DNA of 63,999 bases, the filler included, from Piptocephalis cylindrospora (lineage: Eukaryota), in assembly GCA_003614145.1 (NCBI GenBank). It is 8 parts of 8 records of this genome, joined end to end, with 100 filler letters (N's around TTAATTAATTAA, not from the genome) between each part and the next. Parts side by side here need not be neighbours in the genome. Positions count along the whole stretch, not along the records: positions 57,207 to 63,999 come from KZ988252.1; 7 more parts are not named here. One strand, written 5' to 3'. Below, piece by piece: positions 62,316 to 63,999 of the stretch; position 1 is the stretch's first letter, and every line of letters starts with the position of its first letter. The notes under the pieces are model-generated. The model worked only from the letters and a program-made list of their open reading frames with translations, made no database searches and was not told the origin of the DNA. The position numbers and the translations under genes were made by a program.

Positions 62316-63999
62316 CTATACCTTACCCTTGTACTTGTGGTCCCGAAGATAAGATTCATGCAAGCGCTTGAGGATCACTTTCCCAACGGGGGTTTGAGCA
62401 GCAAGTAGCCTTTCCCGTTGATACTCGTCCACAAGATCCATGAGGGAAAAGATCCCACTCTCTAGCTCGGCACGGACGGTGAGATCAAAACCAGCGATTC
62501 GGTCAGCAGCAATAGAAAGATACTCGGCCAAAAGATAGACCACGTGCTTCCCCAATGCTTTCCCAAGCGCCTCAAGCCCCTTGGATCGGGAAGGGTGATG
62601 GGAAGAGGAAATGTCCTCCGATTTCCCGGCCGTCCCCCGACTGACCATAGCCTCAAAGAGCCTGGAAAGGGCCTGGGCACGCTCCGTGCCCCTACCAATC
62701 TCTTCCTCGGAAGCGGTGGAGGAGATAAGGAGATTAGAGCGAGATAGGAGAGGGAAAGGGATGGTCAAAGATAGGTCGCTCCGCTGCCGAGTGCTCGTGG
62801 TGGTATGTGGAGACCTCAAAGGATGCAGCATAGGTCCAAGAACACCGAGGACTGAGGGCATCATGTCCAGTAAGGCCTCTCGATGTCGACGAAGCAGGTC
62901 CTGAAGGAGACGGCATAGGCCAAGATATATGGCATGGGCCTGATCCGGATCCAAAGAGGGGGGTGAGGAAGGACAATGACCCTGGAAGCCAGATACTACC
63001 CCGAGAACCGCGGTAAAATCAGGCATCCTTGGGTGGAATTGCTAAGAGGGCACGGAAGGGAGAAAGGAGAGGTAAGAGGCGTGCAATGTGCATGGGAGGG
63101 GCCAATTAATCGACCCTCATACGCACAGACATTCTCATCTCCAACTTACTCGATCGGTCAAGATACGCTGAGCTATCTGAGGGACAAGGACAAGGGCCCC
63201 AGAGGAGGAAAGAGGCCGTGTGGAGAGTGAGGCTAGGGCTCGAAGGATCTCCGGATAGATGGGGCCACGGAAGGATCTAAGAGATTCTTCATTGAGTGAG
63301 ACGAGTAGATGAAGAAGGAGATGAAGATTGACGTCCAATAGGGCGGATGACCCCTCACGGACTGCTTCTCCGGTACTGCGTAGCCCTTGAAGATGCCATT
63401 CAATCATCCACCTCCCAGCCTCGGGGATGACAGGAAGGGAAGCAAGGGTGGTATAGGCACGGAGGAGGCGGGTCCATTGGGGATCGGACTTCGCCAACCC
63501 AAGATGTTTATGGTGGGGGAGGCGCAGGGCCAGAGACCAGGTGCTGACGGAAAGAAAGCGGACAAAGCGCCTCTTCCACACCAAACCTAGGTCAGGCAGG
63601 CAATGGGAGCCAAACTCCACGAGAATACCCAAGGCGCCCAGGGAAGCTTCCATGCGTGTTGACTTATCCAAGTCAGATCCTACATCCTCGCTCATCCACT
63701 CGGACATCCATCGAGTAAAGGAGAGGCGGCTATAGTGGAGAACACCAAGAACTTGGTCAAGTTCCTTCCTAGTGCCTTCATCGCTCGGGGTGGAGCTGCG
63801 GTTCCGATAGATCAGACGCAAGGCCGAGGCTAGAGGTGTCAAGCCCTTGATCAGCACCTCCTTCCCTTCAGAGGAAGCCCCACTTAATTTCTTGGACCAA
63901 TGATACATAGCTTGAGCGTATGTCTCACAGGGCAGGATCATGGCAAGCTTCATGTCATGGACACTATTTTTTGGCTTACCTGTCGAGGTGGGATTTTTC
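62316..63999 (-). CDS. URB2: Urb2/Npa2 ribosome biogenesis protein, C-terminal part
   Basis: LGKHVVYLLAEY, VRAELESGIFSLMDLV, GKVILKRLHESYLRDHKYKGKV, typical of the Urb2 C-terminus. Confidence 0.8.

Overview
Eukaryotic, gene-dense fungal DNA with short GT-AG introns. Dad4, Trs65, Trs120 and an OPT transporter mark it as fungal. Sepiapterin reductase and a CEP120-like gene suggest an early-diverging lineage; a Zoopagomycota single-cell assembly such as Piptocephalis is an inference, not shown. The window is not one locus: eight contigs of about 8 kb, sorted by decreasing length, are joined by artificial 100-bp N44-TTAATTAATTAA-N44 spacers, so neighbourhoods across spacers mean nothing. It holds about 30 genes, mostly housekeeping (NAA40, SPR, TMEM184, Trs120, RING E3, CHMP7, CLPTM1, Dad4, Trs65, bL21m, RRF, GFA/CENP-V, OPT, Ufd4/TRIP12, Plp2, Rcm1/NSUN5, Nup2/50, Glo2, Imp1, uL15, Ect1, Urb2), plus one tRNA-Lys(CUU). 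Most notable: (1) a centriolar CEP120-type C2-domain gene in a fungus that also encodes DASH; (2) an F-box gene with a plant PP2-like lectin motif that the ORF track missed; (3) an island of four orphan secreted proteins, including amphipathic and glycine-zipper peptides, as candidate effectors; (4) amplification-chimera signatures in contig 1. All homology calls come from remembered motifs, not database searches.
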